Notes: generated by a model not told the origin, from the letters alone. Counted from the first letter of the stretch, positions 1 through 9,758 are shown. The stretch is DNA of 64,000 nt from an uncultured Syntrophaceae bacterium (GCA_964564625.1 CAZMBE010000006.1:42998-106997); one strand, 5' to 3'. Translations and numbers: made by a program.

Positions 1-2
1 CG

Positions 3-158
3 TGGGGTCTCGCCGGTTTTGCCGGTCCCTGGGTCGGCGGCTATCTGAAGGATACGACGGGTTCATATTATGCGCCGTTCCTTATCGCGGCGGCGTTCTG
101 CGCCCTTGGAACGGTAATTCTTTTCACGACGAAACCGCCGGAGAAGAAACACGCATAG
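3..158 (+). CDS. 3' end of a membrane transporter gene (MFS-like C-terminus); the 5' part lies outside the window
   Basis: Frame 3 is open from the window edge to TAG 156-158. It reads [51 protein letters not shown], a terminal TM helix plus charged tail. A hairpin terminator follows. Confidence 0.45.
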   Translation, partial: WGLAGFAGPWVGGYLKDTTGSYYAPFLIAAAFCALGTVILFTTKPPEKKHA

Positions 159-195
159 TTTCTGGGTAACGATCTCAGGAAGATTTTATGTTCAT

Positions 196-230
196 GGCGC
201 CCCGGGATATTCCCGGGGCGCCTTTTTATT
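196..230. terminator. Bidirectional rho-independent terminator between convergent genes
   Basis: GGCGCCCCGGG-atatt-CCCGGGGCGCC forms a perfect 11-bp stem (196-222), followed by TTTTTATTT. Confidence 0.8.
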
Positions 231-2940
231 TACCAGCCTTCATTCGTCTTCGCAAATGCACCTTGAGTATCTCCATTGATGCAAAGACGACCATACCGAA
301 TGCCAGGATCATCCCGATTGTCTGAAACGTCGGCATGGTTACGCCAAAGGCGTCTCGAACGGTGGAAATCTGAAGGACGGCAGCGGTCAGTATAAACTGA
401 GAGATGACGGCAATAGTCAGCCACATATGGGGCGGCGCCTGGAAGACGCTGTAGCGCATGGAACGGAAGTTGAGTGCGATGATGAGTTCGATGATGATGA
501 ACAGAAAAAATATCTCTGTCCGCGCATAGGTGATGTCGATCAGATCATGGAAGAAGAGAAGAAAGAAAAAGGGGATTTCGATCAGGAACGCCATGGCAAT
601 GAACACCTTGACGTCCCATGAGAAGACACTCTCTCTCGGATCGCGGGGAGGCCGCTGCATGATGTCGGGATCGGGAGGCGAAATGCCGAGGGCAAGGGCC
701 GGCAATCCATCGGTGACGAGGTTGATGTACAGAATTGCCGCAGGCAGCAGGGGGAGATACTCAGCTCCCATGACGAGGACAACCCCGCCTATCACAACGA
801 CTTCCGTGATGTTACACCGGAGGAGAAAGGTCAGATATTTCTTGATATTATCGTAAATCCAGCGCCCCCGTTCGATGGCGCTGACGATTGTCGCAAAGTT
901 GTCATCGCTCAATACCATATCGGCGGACTCTTTCGCGACTTCCGTACCGGTAATCCCCATGGCGATACCGATGTCCGCCTGCTTCAGGGCCGGTGCGTCG
1001 TTCACCCCATCGCCCGTCATGGCAACGACTTCCCCCTGTTTTTTCCATGCCTTCACGATCTTGAGTTTATCCATGGGTGAGACACGGGCGTACACACTTA
1101 CCGTATCGACGATCTTTTCGAATTCATCATCAGACATCTTCTCAAGTTCTTCACCGGTTAACACCCGATCGCCCTCGGTATAAAAACCAATCTCTTTCGC
1201 GATTGCCACCGCCGTCAGTTTGTGATCGCCGGTGATCATTACCGGCTTGATGTGCACCTCCTTGCAGATGCGCGTTGCCTCGATTGCTTCCTCACGCGGC
1301 GGGTCCATCATGCCAACAAGTCCGAGAAACGTGAAGCCCCGTTCAATGGCATCCTCGTCGCAGGCCGCCCCATCGGGAACCATACGATACGCGATGCCGA
1401 GGACGCGGAGGGCGTCCTTTGCCATTGTCTCGTTCGCCATGAAAACAGCGTTACGCTCACCCATGCCGATTGGTTTTGCGACTCCTCCATGCATAACATT
1501 GGAGCAACGCTCAAGAACAACTTCCGGGGCGCCTTTCATGAACGCCATCAGCGTGCTGTCCTTCATCCTGTGGATCGTCGTCATGCGCTTCCGTTCAGAG
1601 CTGAAAGGTACCTCCTCGATGCGTTCGTTTTCGAGACGCAAATCGCTCTGGCGCATGCTGGCCTTTTCTGCAGCAACGATGAGGGCTCCCTCCGTAGGAT
1701 CGCCTTTAATTATCCATTTCCCGTCCTGATTTTCGAGGACTGCGTCATTGCAAAGGACGCCGGCATGCAGCAAGAGTCGCAGTGATGGTATTGTATCGGG
1801 AGCGACCTGCAGGGCGTTTCGATCCTTGAAATGACCTTCCGGTACATAGCCGGAGCCGGAAATGTCAAAGAATGTGTTGTCTGTGAAGATTTGCCTGACA
1901 GTCATTTCCCCTTTGGTAAGTGTCCCGGTCTTGTCGGAACAAATGACCGTTGTGCAGCCGAGTGTTTCGACTGCAGGCATCTTCCGAACAAGGGCGTTTC
2001 GCTTTGCCATCTGGTGCATGCCGATAGCGAGTGCACCGGTCACAATTGCCGCGAGAGCCTCGGGCACGGCGGCAACAGCGAGGGATACCGCAAACATCAC
2101 CATTGCGACGAGGAAGGAGAAATCGATCACGCCGGTGAACGCCTCGCGTGTAATACTGACTGCCGCAACCAGAAAGCAGATGGCGAATGAAATGATGCCG
2201 AGCCATTTGCCGATCTCTTCCGTCCGTTTTTCAAGAGGTGTCTTTTCCGTCTCGATGCCGGCCACCTCTTCGGCAATTTTGCCGAACTCTGTCTGCATAG
2301 CCGTTGCCGTAACGACCGCCTTCGCCCTTCCATAGCTGACCGTCGTTCCGGCAAAGACCATGTTTTTGCGGTCGCCGACGGAAACGTGCTCTGGCAGGCA
2401 AGTACAATGTTTGCCCACAGGCATTGATTCCCCCGTCAGCGGCGCCTCGTCGCACTTGAACGAAAATGCTTCAATCAGCCGCGCATCCGCAGGTACGCGG
2501 TCTCCCGCTTCGAGGAGAAGAATATCCCCAGGAACAAGCTCTTTGGACGGCGCCTCGATTACTCTACCGTCACGGAGGACGGTTATTGTAGGCGAGAGCA
2601 TATTTTTCAGCGCTTCCAGGGCCCGTTCTGCCCTATATTCCTGGGAAAAGCCGAGGATGGCGCAGAAAATGACGATTATAAAGATGAGGGCTGCGTCGAA
2701 ATGCTCGCCGACCAAAGCCGAAAGCACCGTTGCAACGAGGAGGATAATGATGAGAAGATTCTTGAACTGGTTCAGAAAGAGCGCCAATGGAGATACCCCC
2801 TTCTCTTGCCTCAGTTCGTTGAAACCATATGTTTTAATTCTCTCTGCAGCAACGTCCGTAGCAAGCCCCCGATGTATGTCCGTTTCGAGAAGCTCCAGTA
2901 CTCTCTCAGTGTCCAGAGCGTGCCATATTTTTCCGGTCAT
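226..2940 (-). CDS. Cation-transporting P-type ATPase, type II (Ca2+-ATPase-like)
   Basis: 904 aa. Motifs present: TGES (LTGESMPV), phosphorylation site [21 protein letters not shown] and [11 protein letters not shown]. Multiple hydrophobic TM segments at both ends. Confidence 0.93.
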   Translation of the reverse strand: MTGKIWHALDTERVLELLETDIHRGLATDVAAERIKTYGFNELRQEKGVSPLALFLNQFKNLLIIILLVATVLSALVGEHFDAALIFIIVIFCAILGFSQEYRAERALEALKNMLSPTITVLRDGRVIEAPSKELVPGDILLLEAGDRVPADARLIEAFSFKCDEAPLTGESMPVGKHCTCLPEHVSVGDRKNMVFAGTTVSYGRAKAVVTATAMQTEFGKIAEEVAGIETEKTPLEKRTEEIGKWLGIISFAICFLVAAVSITREAFTGVIDFSFLVAMVMFAVSLAVAAVPEALAAIVTGALAIGMHQMAKRNALVRKMPAVETLGCTTVICSDKTGTLTKGEMTVRQIFTDNTFFDISGSGYVPEGHFKDRNALQVAPDTIPSLRLLLHAGVLCNDAVLENQDGKWIIKGDPTEGALIVAAEKASMRQSDLRLENERIEEVPFSSERKRMTTIHRMKDSTLMAFMKGAPEVVLERCSNVMHGGVAKPIGMGERNAVFMANETMAKDALRVLGIAYRMVPDGAACDEDAIERGFTFLGLVGMMDPPREEAIEATRICKEVHIKPVMITGDHKLTAVAIAKEIGFYTEGDRVLTGEELEKMSDDEFEKIVDTVSVYARVSPMDKLKIVKAWKKQGEVVAMTGDGVNDAPALKQADIGIAMGITGTEVAKESADMVLSDDNFATIVSAIERGRWIYDNIKKYLTFLLRCNITEVVVIGGVVLVMGAEYLPLLPAAILYINLVTDGLPALALGISPPDPDIMQRPPRDPRESVFSWDVKVFIAMAFLIEIPFFFLLFFHDLIDITYARTEIFFLFIIIELIIALNFRSMRYSVFQAPPHMWLTIAVISQFILTAAVLQISTVRDAFGVTMPTFQTIGMILAFGMVVFASMEILKVHLRRRMKAGK

Positions 2941-3131
2941 AAAATCCCTCTGAGTGATTTTTTATGTAACCGTCAGGGCGTCTTTATTATCATAACACCA
3001 AGAACGAATCCATATAATTGAGGTTTGTTTTTTGATTGATTATGTAATAGTATTTTAACCTCTTTAGCTTTGTCATTGACTGGGTGTTTCATAAACCGAT
3101 TATTCCTTATCAACAATTATAGGGGGGTAGT

Positions 3132-3287
3132 ATGGATACGTTCACTTTTGGCATAACCATGACTATTGTCGGCATGGGGAGCACACTCCTTAGTCTCTGG
3201 TTCCTGACCCTGATCATCAATCTGCTGAAACGCATATTTCCGTACCAGGAATCAAACAATGAGAAAAAAAAGGAGGCCAAATCATGA
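3132..3287 (+). CDS. Small OadG-like gamma subunit of a Na+-translocating decarboxylase (51 aa, below the ORF-track cutoff)
   Basis: The ATG at 3132 is preceded by AGGGGGG. The product MDTFTFGITMTIVGMGSTLLSLWFLTLIINLLKRIFPYQESNNEKKKEAKS has a single N-terminal TM helix and a charged tail. Its stop overlaps the next start (ATGA at 3284-3287). Confidence 0.6.
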   Translation: MDTFTFGITMTIVGMGSTLLSLWFLTLIINLLKRIFPYQESNNEKKKEAKS

Positions 3288-4423
3288 TGTCAGCATTCCA
3301 ATCCGGTTTAAGTAGCCTGGTAATGGGGTTCGGCCTTTTGACCATTGAAAACATCATTATGATGGCGGTCGGCTGCGCACTCCTTTATCTGGGAATCAAA
3401 AAGAATTACGAACCACTTCTCCTCGTTCCTATTGGGTTCGGAGCTTTACTGGTGAACATTCCCCTGGCAGGCATGATGGCGCCGGATGGCCTGCTCCGGC
3501 ATTTTTATGATGCCGGCGTCATGACGGAGATATTTCCCTGCCTGATCTTTATCGGCATCGGCGCAATGACGGATTTTGGCCCTCTCCTGGAAAATCCGAA
3601 GATTCTCCTCCTGGGGGCGGCAGGGCAGTTCGGGATATTTCTGACACTCGCGTTGGCCCTGCTGTTAGGATTTTCACAGCTCGATGCGGTAGCCATAGGA
3701 ATTATAGGGGCCTGCGACGGTCCAACGTCTATCTATGTGACGTCGAAGTATGCACCTCATCTGCTGGGGGCGGTATCCGTAGCAGCATATGGATATATGT
3801 CCCTGGTGCCCCTCATTCAGCCACCCATCATGCGCATTCTCACGACGGATAAGGAAAGGAAGGTGAGAATGGAGTACCCGAAAAAATCCGCTTCCCCGGC
3901 GCTCAAGATTCTTTTCCCCGTGGTCGTCACAATTGTGACCTGCCTGATCGCCCCCATGGGGACGCCACTCATGGGAATGATCATGCTGGGGAATCTCATG
4001 AGGGAATCCGGCGCGGTAAGCCGCCTTACCAAGGCTTCGGAAAACGAGATTGCGAATGTGGTGACTCTCCTCCTTGGGCTTTCCATCGGCGCTACAATGG
4101 AGGGTGCCGCATTTCTCAAACCACAAACCCTTCTCATCCTCAGTCTCGGTTTTATTGCCATCTGCCTCGATACAGTTGCAGGGGTACTCTTCGGGAAACT
4201 CATGTGCCTGTTAACGAAGGGCAAGATTAACCCGCTTATCGGGGCGGCAGGTATCTCGGCATACCCCATGGCGGCGCGCGTAGTCCAGGCCGAAGGCCGT
4301 AAATATGATGAGAATAACTGGCTTTTGATGCACGCAGTCGGCGCGAATACGGGCGGCCAGATCGGGTCAGTCATGGCTGCCGGAATCATGCTCTCTGTAT
4401 TGAAGGGAATGGGAATCGGTTAG
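3284..4423 (+). CDS. Na+-translocating decarboxylase beta subunit (OadB/MmdB/GcdB family)
   Basis: 379 aa polytopic membrane protein with family-typical stretches (GACDGPTSIY, AAGISAYPMAARV, ANTGGQIGS). Translationally coupled to the OadG-like ORF. Confidence 0.88.
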   Translation: MMSAFQSGLSSLVMGFGLLTIENIIMMAVGCALLYLGIKKNYEPLLLVPIGFGALLVNIPLAGMMAPDGLLRHFYDAGVMTEIFPCLIFIGIGAMTDFGPLLENPKILLLGAAGQFGIFLTLALALLLGFSQLDAVAIGIIGACDGPTSIYVTSKYAPHLLGAVSVAAYGYMSLVPLIQPPIMRILTTDKERKVRMEYPKKSASPALKILFPVVVTIVTCLIAPMGTPLMGMIMLGNLMRESGAVSRLTKASENEIANVVTLLLGLSIGATMEGAAFLKPQTLLILSLGFIAICLDTVAGVLFGKLMCLLTKGKINPLIGAAGISAYPMAARVVQAEGRKYDENNWLLMHAVGANTGGQIGSVMAAGIMLSVLKGMGIG

Positions 4424-4592
4424 TCGTGAGCCGGGATTTGGCAGGGTTAGTTATTTCGTATGCCCTGATTGACAGGTTTTTTGAAAAGTGCGGAGGGTTC
4501 AATATCATAATGAAGTTAAGCTTTTCATTGAGTAAAAAATACGTTATAATGAAATAAATAGGTACTTCATCACCAAGAAAGGAGGGAGTTTT

Positions 4593-4886
4593 ATGAAAGC
4601 AGCAATGGTTTTTACCGGCTCTGGACCCATTCTGATTCTGACCTCTTATCCTTCAATCGATGATCCCAATTTCATAAGTAAATTAAAGGCAAAGGGGATT
4701 AAAAAATTCATTGTTTCCGAGATTCCCATGGATCAATGTGAAAACCTCTATGGTTCCAATTACTTTGACATCGTGCGCGATCTCCGGAACGTGGATGATA
4801 TGAGGGTCTTGGATTATGATGGCCACCGCATCTTGAATAATTTTTCTTTAAAAAAGATGGGGAAGCCTTTCATCTATGAGGATTAA
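4593..4886 (+). CDS. Hypothetical small cytoplasmic protein (97 aa)
   Basis: Strong RBS (AAAGGAGGGAG) 5 nt upstream of the ATG. No recognisable motif. Confidence 0.55.
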   Translation: MKAAMVFTGSGPILILTSYPSIDDPNFISKLKAKGIKKFIVSEIPMDQCENLYGSNYFDIVRDLRNVDDMRVLDYDGHRILNNFSLKKMGKPFIYED

Positions 4887-4949
4887 TTTATCTTTTTACG
4901 TGTCATTATGAATGATGACATAACACTGCAATAAAAGGGGGGGATAATT

Positions 4950-5243
4950 ATGATAAGAGTAATGATTGAAAGACATTGCCAGCCCGGTAAAGAGAAGCAA
5001 CTCCGGGATCTGTTGCTGGAATTGAGATCTGTGGGCATGCGGCAGCATGGATACATCACCGGTGAGACGCTTCGGGAAGCGGAGAATCCCTCCGTCTTCA
5101 TGGTCATCAGCACATGGATGACCCTTGAAGCCTGGAAAGTATGGCAGACTTCCAGACAGCGCCTGATAGTTGAGGAGATGATCGATTCTCTCCTCACTGA
5201 GACAAGAAAAGTACGCGTTTTTGTTGAGTATTCAGAGGTCTGA
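4950..5243 (+). CDS. Antibiotic-biosynthesis-monooxygenase (ABM) domain protein, dimeric alpha/beta-barrel fold
   Basis: 97 aa. The pattern IRVMIERHCQPGKEKQL...FMVISTWMTLEAWKVWQTS is typical of ABM/Dabb proteins. RBS is GGGGGG. Confidence 0.7.
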   Translation: MIRVMIERHCQPGKEKQLRDLLLELRSVGMRQHGYITGETLREAENPSVFMVISTWMTLEAWKVWQTSRQRLIVEEMIDSLLTETRKVRVFVEYSEV

Positions 5244-5413
5244 TCAGTGTCCGTCTGAAAGGAAAGCTTTGCCTCTGGTCTGGCGCGGGATCGAAGCGTG
5301 CCTTGTATCTCTACGTCCTTCCTTAAGAAGGGTCAGGTGCGATACGGGAAGGAGCGCAAGGGAGAAACCCCTTAAATAAACTTTTTACAACAGTATTCGC
5401 AAAGGAGGAGAAA

Positions 5414-5698
5414 ATGGGCACATTCTTTTTGTTTGGTAAATATTCATCAGCAGCGCTGAAGGGAATGAGCGCGAACCGGACTGAGAAGGTACTGAAACTC
5501 ATCAAAAAGTTCGGAGGTGAAGTAAAATCGATTTATGCATTACTCGGAGAAGTAGACCTTGTTTTTATCCTTACCTTTCCGGATGTGGAAAAAGCGATGC
5601 AGGCATCCGTTGCCCTGACAAAACTCACGGGGATTTCCTTTACCACGCTGCCAGCCGTAACAGTGGAAGAATTTGACAAAATGATGGCAAAGGTTTGA
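5414..5698 (+). CDS. GYD domain protein
   Basis: 94 aa. The N-terminus FFLFGKYSSAALKGMSANRTEKV and the ALLGEVDLVFILTFPD core match my recollection of the GYD family. RBS is AAAGGAGGAG. Confidence 0.7.
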   Translation: MGTFFLFGKYSSAALKGMSANRTEKVLKLIKKFGGEVKSIYALLGEVDLVFILTFPDVEKAMQASVALTKLTGISFTTLPAVTVEEFDKMMAKV

Positions 5699-5859
5699 GA
5701 TTATTTGCCACGGAGGGGGTAACGGGTTCCCTCTTTTGCAATAGGGAATCACCATGGATTGTATAACGAATGTAGAGAATTTATAATGGTTTGAAGGTTA
5801 TCGTTAATACTAAACGGGGTGTGCAGATTAAAACGTTGTAGAGGAAAGGAGGGGTTATT

Positions 5860-6069
5860 ATGTCAGTGTATAGTATTATCGAACTCGTAGGATCAAGTCC
5901 AACATCGTGGGAAGATGCTACTCGACATGCCTTGGCAACCGCGTCCAAAACGCTCGAAGATCTTAGAATTGCAGAGGTTGTAAAACAGGATGTAACTGTT
6001 GATAATGGGAAAATAACATCGTTTCGGGTAAGACTTAATATCTCGTTTAAGTATCATGAACGTGTGTAA
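5860..6069 (+). CDS. Dodecin-family flavin-binding protein
   Basis: 69 aa. VYSIIELVGSSPTSWEDATRHALATASKTLEDLRIAEVV... matches the dodecin signature. RBS is GGAAAGGAGGGG. Confidence 0.75.
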   Translation: MSVYSIIELVGSSPTSWEDATRHALATASKTLEDLRIAEVVKQDVTVDNGKITSFRVRLNISFKYHERV

Positions 6070-6088
6070 AATTTTTCTTGGGTTGATG

Positions 6089-6112
6089 TTCCCCGCAGCA
6101 CGCTGCGGGGAA
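6089..6112 (+). terminator. Stem-loop downstream of the dodecin gene (probable terminator, no U-tract)
   Basis: TTCCCCGCAG-cacg-CTGCGGGGAA stem-loop, 20 nt after the stop codon. Confidence 0.4.
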
Positions 6113-6547
6113 TGAAACCTGAGACTCTTCGACGTCACGGGGTCACTTCGACTAAGTCCTTTTTCTGCGGCTCTGCCTTGAAAAAAGCAAAGTTTCATTG
6201 AATCCGGAGGCGAGCGAAGGGGGTACATTATTATTCCTTGCGGATCGAAAACTTTTCGTAATTTGATGCGGAGAGCTTCAACAAGAAATCATTTTCGCTT
6301 TGAACTACCCATGTCCTGCCTGAAGCACCAATCTATAATTTTCTATCAGAAAATAGTTGACATAAAAGCTTTTGGATGATAGGAAGGACACGCAAAAAAA
6401 CCGATTCGCCCACCAATATTGAGACCTTTGAATAACGGTAAATTTGCCGAATAGACTGCAATGTATTAAAAATTTATGTATTAACTGTCAGCGGAAGGGT
6501 TTTCTATTCAAGGGTTTCCTATTGATTATATCTTCAGGAGGTAGATT

Positions 6548-8227
6548 ATGTTTGATGTAAAGGAGTTGGAAAAGATCAAAGCCGGGAAACAGAAATGGGC
6601 GGGAGGGCCTCTGGCGAAGACCTTGAGTAAAGCCCCGGAAAAAAAGGCTTTCACCACATGGTCCGGCATCCCTGTCGAGACTCTCTATACCCCGGCGGAA
6701 GTTGCCGGTATAGACTACGAGAGCAAAATCGGCTATCCCGGTATGTATCCGTATACCCGTGGTGTTCAGCCGAACATGTTTCGGGGCAGGTTCTGGACCA
6801 TGCGTCAGTATGCCGGATTCGGCAGCGCCAAAGAGACGAATGCCCGCTACCGCTACCTGTTAGGTCAGGGGCAGACGGGATTGAGTGTGGCCTTTCATCT
6901 TCCCACCCAGGCAGGTTATGACAGTGACCATCCCCTCTCCATGGGCGAGGTAGGAAAGGTCGGCGCGGCCATAGACCATATCGGCGATATGCGCATTCTG
7001 TTTGACAAGATTCCTCTGGAAAAGGTCACCACGTCCATGACCGTCAATGCGGCAGCGACGGCGCTTCTGGGCATGTACCTGTCCGTTGCCGAAGAACAGG
7101 GTGCGAAGTACGATCAGTTGGGTGGAACCATACAGAATGATGTTTTGAAAGAAATCATCTGTCGTGGCCAGTATATCTATCCCCCCAAGCCGACCATGCG
7201 CCTCACCGTCGATCTGATCGAGTTCTGCCAGAAATATGTTCCCCGGTGGAACAGCATCAGTATCAGCGGGTATCACATCCGCGAATCAGGTTCCACTGCG
7301 GCTCAGGAAATAGCGTTCACCATCGCGGATGGAATCGCGTATGCTGAAGCCTGCGCAGCAAGAGGGATCCCAGTCGATAGTTTTGCACCGCGTCTCTCCT
7401 TCTTCTTTAATGCCTTCACCGATGTTCTGGAAGAGGTAGCAAAATTCCGCGCCGCGAGACGCGTATGGGCAAAAATCATGAAGGAGAGGTTCAAGGCCAC
7501 AGATCCCCGGTCCATGATGCTCCGTTACCATGTGCAGACCGGTGGTGTTACCCTGACGGCACAGCAGCCGTTGAACAACATCGTAAGAGTTGCCTTGCAG
7601 ACACTCGCCACCGCATTAGGCGGGAACCAGTCCCTCCATACAAATTCGTATGATGAGGCCCTGTGTCTCCCCACCCAGGGGGCAGTGACCGTCGCCCTCA
7701 GGACCCAGCAGATTATCGCCGAGGAGAGCGGCGCCTGTGTGACCGTCGATCCTCTGGCCGGTTCTTACTATGTAGAGTACCTGACCGACAAGATCGAGGC
7801 GGAAGTCGAAGATTACATCAAGAAGATTGACGCCATGGGTGGAACCCTGACGGCCATCGAGCAGGGTTATATTCAGAAGGAAATTCAGAACAGTGCGTAT
7901 CTGTTCCAGAAGTCGATTGATTCCGGTGAGCGGGCATATGTCGGCGTGAACAAATATACCATGGAAGAACCCCCCGTAACGGATCTCCTGAGAGTGGATA
8001 TGAAGGTTGGCGAAGAAAAGGCCAAGGAACTCAAGGAATGGCGAGCCAAGCGCGATAATGCCGCCTGGAAAAAGGCCCTGGATAAACTGCGTGATGTATC
8101 AAAGACAGATACAAACGTAATGCCAGCTGTTATTGAGGCAGTAAAGGCCGGGGCTACCGTCGGCGAAGTCTGTGACGTGTGGCGTGATGTATTCGGGCAG
8201 TATCGACCCAAGGAATTTATTTCATAA
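6548..8227 (+). CDS. B12-dependent acyl-CoA mutase, large (substrate-binding TIM-barrel) subunit, methylmalonyl-CoA mutase family
   Basis: 559 aa. Contains YPYTRG, FWTMRQYAGFG, GLSVAFHLPTQAGYDSDHP and GGTIQNDVLKE. RBS is AGGAGG. Confidence 0.92.
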   Translation: MFDVKELEKIKAGKQKWAGGPLAKTLSKAPEKKAFTTWSGIPVETLYTPAEVAGIDYESKIGYPGMYPYTRGVQPNMFRGRFWTMRQYAGFGSAKETNARYRYLLGQGQTGLSVAFHLPTQAGYDSDHPLSMGEVGKVGAAIDHIGDMRILFDKIPLEKVTTSMTVNAAATALLGMYLSVAEEQGAKYDQLGGTIQNDVLKEIICRGQYIYPPKPTMRLTVDLIEFCQKYVPRWNSISISGYHIRESGSTAAQEIAFTIADGIAYAEACAARGIPVDSFAPRLSFFFNAFTDVLEEVAKFRAARRVWAKIMKERFKATDPRSMMLRYHVQTGGVTLTAQQPLNNIVRVALQTLATALGGNQSLHTNSYDEALCLPTQGAVTVALRTQQIIAEESGACVTVDPLAGSYYVEYLTDKIEAEVEDYIKKIDAMGGTLTAIEQGYIQKEIQNSAYLFQKSIDSGERAYVGVNKYTMEEPPVTDLLRVDMKVGEEKAKELKEWRAKRDNAAWKKALDKLRDVSKTDTNVMPAVIEAVKAGATVGEVCDVWRDVFGQYRPKEFIS

Positions 8228-8246
8228 TGTGTGGAGGTGACTTACA

Positions 8247-8648
8247 ATGGCAGAAAAGAAGATAAAAATTATCGTTGCAAAACCCGGGTTGGACGGCCAC
8301 GATCGTGGGGCCAAACTCCTTTCCCGTATCTTTGCTGAGGCCGGTATGGAAGTCGTCTACACCGGATTAAGGCAGACACCGGAAATGATTGTCGAAGCGG
8401 CGCTTCAGGAAGATGCTGATGTGGTTGGTTTGAGCAGTCTATCAGGTGTCCATAACTACTTCTTTCCGAGGGTGGTTGATCTGCTGAAGGAAAAGAAACT
8501 TGCTAATGTCCTCGTAGTTGGAGGAGGAATCATCCCACTGGAAGACATTCCCGAATTGAAGAAGGCGGGAGTTTCCGAAATCTTCGGACCGGGAACATCG
8601 ACGGAAGTTATCGTTGATTTTATTAAATCGAACGTAAAAGCCAAGTAA
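8247..8648 (+). CDS. Acyl-CoA mutase small subunit (cobalamin-binding domain)
   Basis: 133 aa. B12-binding DxHxxG motif ([12 protein letters not shown]) plus SSLSG and GGGIIP. Starts 19 nt after the large subunit. Confidence 0.92.
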   Translation: MAEKKIKIIVAKPGLDGHDRGAKLLSRIFAEAGMEVVYTGLRQTPEMIVEAALQEDADVVGLSSLSGVHNYFFPRVVDLLKEKKLANVLVVGGGIIPLEDIPELKKAGVSEIFGPGTSTEVIVDFIKSNVKAK

Positions 8649-8689
8649 CGAAACGTCCGTAATGTACGGATACGCTGTAGAGATGAGCA

Positions 8690-8722
8690 GGGGAGGTTGC
8701 ATACCGCCTCCCCTGTACTATT
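8690..8722 (+). terminator. Stem-loop between the mutase small subunit and meaB (partial terminator or processing site)
   Basis: GGGGAGG (8690-8696) pairs with CCTCCCC (8707-8713), followed by TGTACTATTT. Confidence 0.35.
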
Positions 8723-8798
8723 TAACTATAAATCGACCATTAGTTGATGCGTTTTGCGATTTACTAATGTATCACTGTTCAGGATCGAATAAAAAGCT

Positions 8799-9758
8799 AT
8801 GATTATGGATTATGTAGCCGAAATCCTTCAGGGATCGCCGTTGGCAGTTTCCCGCGTCATCACTTGGCTGGAAAACGAGGATGAACGGGCCCGGGTATTA
8901 ATGAAAGAGATCTATTCTCACACCGGGAATGCGTATTTGCTGGGAGTCACCGGTTCTCCCGGTACAGGGAAGAGCACCCTTACGGACGGTCTTACCTGGC
9001 AACTGCGCAATAAAGGACTTACCGTGGGGATTGTAGCGGTTGATCCTTCAAGTCCCTTCACAGGAGGAGCCTTGTTGGGAGACCGGATAAGGATGACCCG
9101 GCACAGTGAGGATTCAGGGGTCTTCATGCGCAGCATGGCTACCCGCGGCTATCTCGGTGGGCTTGCCCAGTTTTCGAGGGGAGCGGTCAAAGTGCTTGAT
9201 GCTTCGGGGAAAGACTACGTAATCATCGAGACCGTAGGGGTAGGGCAGGACGAAGTGGACATTATGCGCGTTGCGGATACCACATGCGTCGTTCTGGTTC
9301 CCGGCCTCGGTGATGTGATTCAGAGCATGAAAGCCGGGATTATGGAAATCGCGGACATTTACGTGATCAACAAATACGATCAGCCTGGGGCGGATCAGCT
9401 GTATTCTGAGGTTCGGTTCCGGGTTGATCAGGATGCGAGTATAAAAGACCGTAGTTGGGTGCCTCCGGTTATCCGAACTGTTGCCGTCGAGGGAAAAGGC
9501 GAGGATGATCTCATAGAAGCCATAGCGGCGCATCGAACGTATCTGGAGCAGAGCGGGAAACTTCTGGAAAAACGTCGAGAAAGGACACGTGAAGAGACCC
9601 TGCAAATGATTCACCATGAACTCTTCCGTATTATCCGCGCACGACTTGCCGAAAATAGCAGAATCGAACATATGGTAGAGAAGATCATGGACCATGAGCT
9701 GAGCCCATACAATGTTGTGGAGGAAGTAGTCGGTGAGTGGCTCCCTCCAGCAAAGTAA
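8799..9758 (+). CDS. meaB: MeaB/ArgK-type G-protein chaperone of B12 mutases
   Basis: 319 aa. P-loop GVTGSPGTGKSTL, ETVGVGQ and NKYD motifs. Located next to the mutase subunits. Confidence 0.9.
   Translation: MIMDYVAEILQGSPLAVSRVITWLENEDERARVLMKEIYSHTGNAYLLGVTGSPGTGKSTLTDGLTWQLRNKGLTVGIVAVDPSSPFTGGALLGDRIRMTRHSEDSGVFMRSMATRGYLGGLAQFSRGAVKVLDASGKDYVIIETVGVGQDEVDIMRVADTTCVVLVPGLGDVIQSMKAGIMEIADIYVINKYDQPGADQLYSEVRFRVDQDASIKDRSWVPPVIRTVAVEGKGEDDLIEAIAAHRTYLEQSGKLLEKRRERTREETLQMIHHELFRIIRARLAENSRIEHMVEKIMDHELSPYNVVEEVVGEWLPPAK

Noticed and set aside
230-2953. About 15 short-to-medium ORFs on both strands overlapping the P-type ATPase gene. Similar shadow ORFs lie inside the mutase, Hint/Tim44, MetH, leuA/leuC, 1130-aa phosphatase, histidine kinase, ACAD and CoA-transferase genes.
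   Set aside because: They lie entirely within long ORFs that have strong family motifs, lack RBSs and show no recognisable protein features. They are typical antisense or off-frame ORFs of moderately GC-rich coding DNA.
5290-5400. The leader of the GYD gene (GGGTCAGGTGCGATACGGGAAGGAGCGCAAGGGAGAAACCCC) superficially resembles a ZTP/pfl-type riboswitch.
   Set aside because: It lacks the 3' pseudoknot partner (CCGCCTGGGC-like) and the conserved GGGTCGTGACTGGCG core. The similarity is limited to G-rich runs.
6085-6117. GTTCCCCGCAGCACGCTGCGGGGAATGAAAC looks like a CRISPR repeat (palindromic core, GAAAC tail). A vaguely similar hairpin occurs at 45048-45080.
   Set aside because: Each occurs once, with no regularly spaced copies, no spacer-repeat periodicity and no cas genes in the window. 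Both sit just after stop codons, so they are better explained as terminator hairpins.
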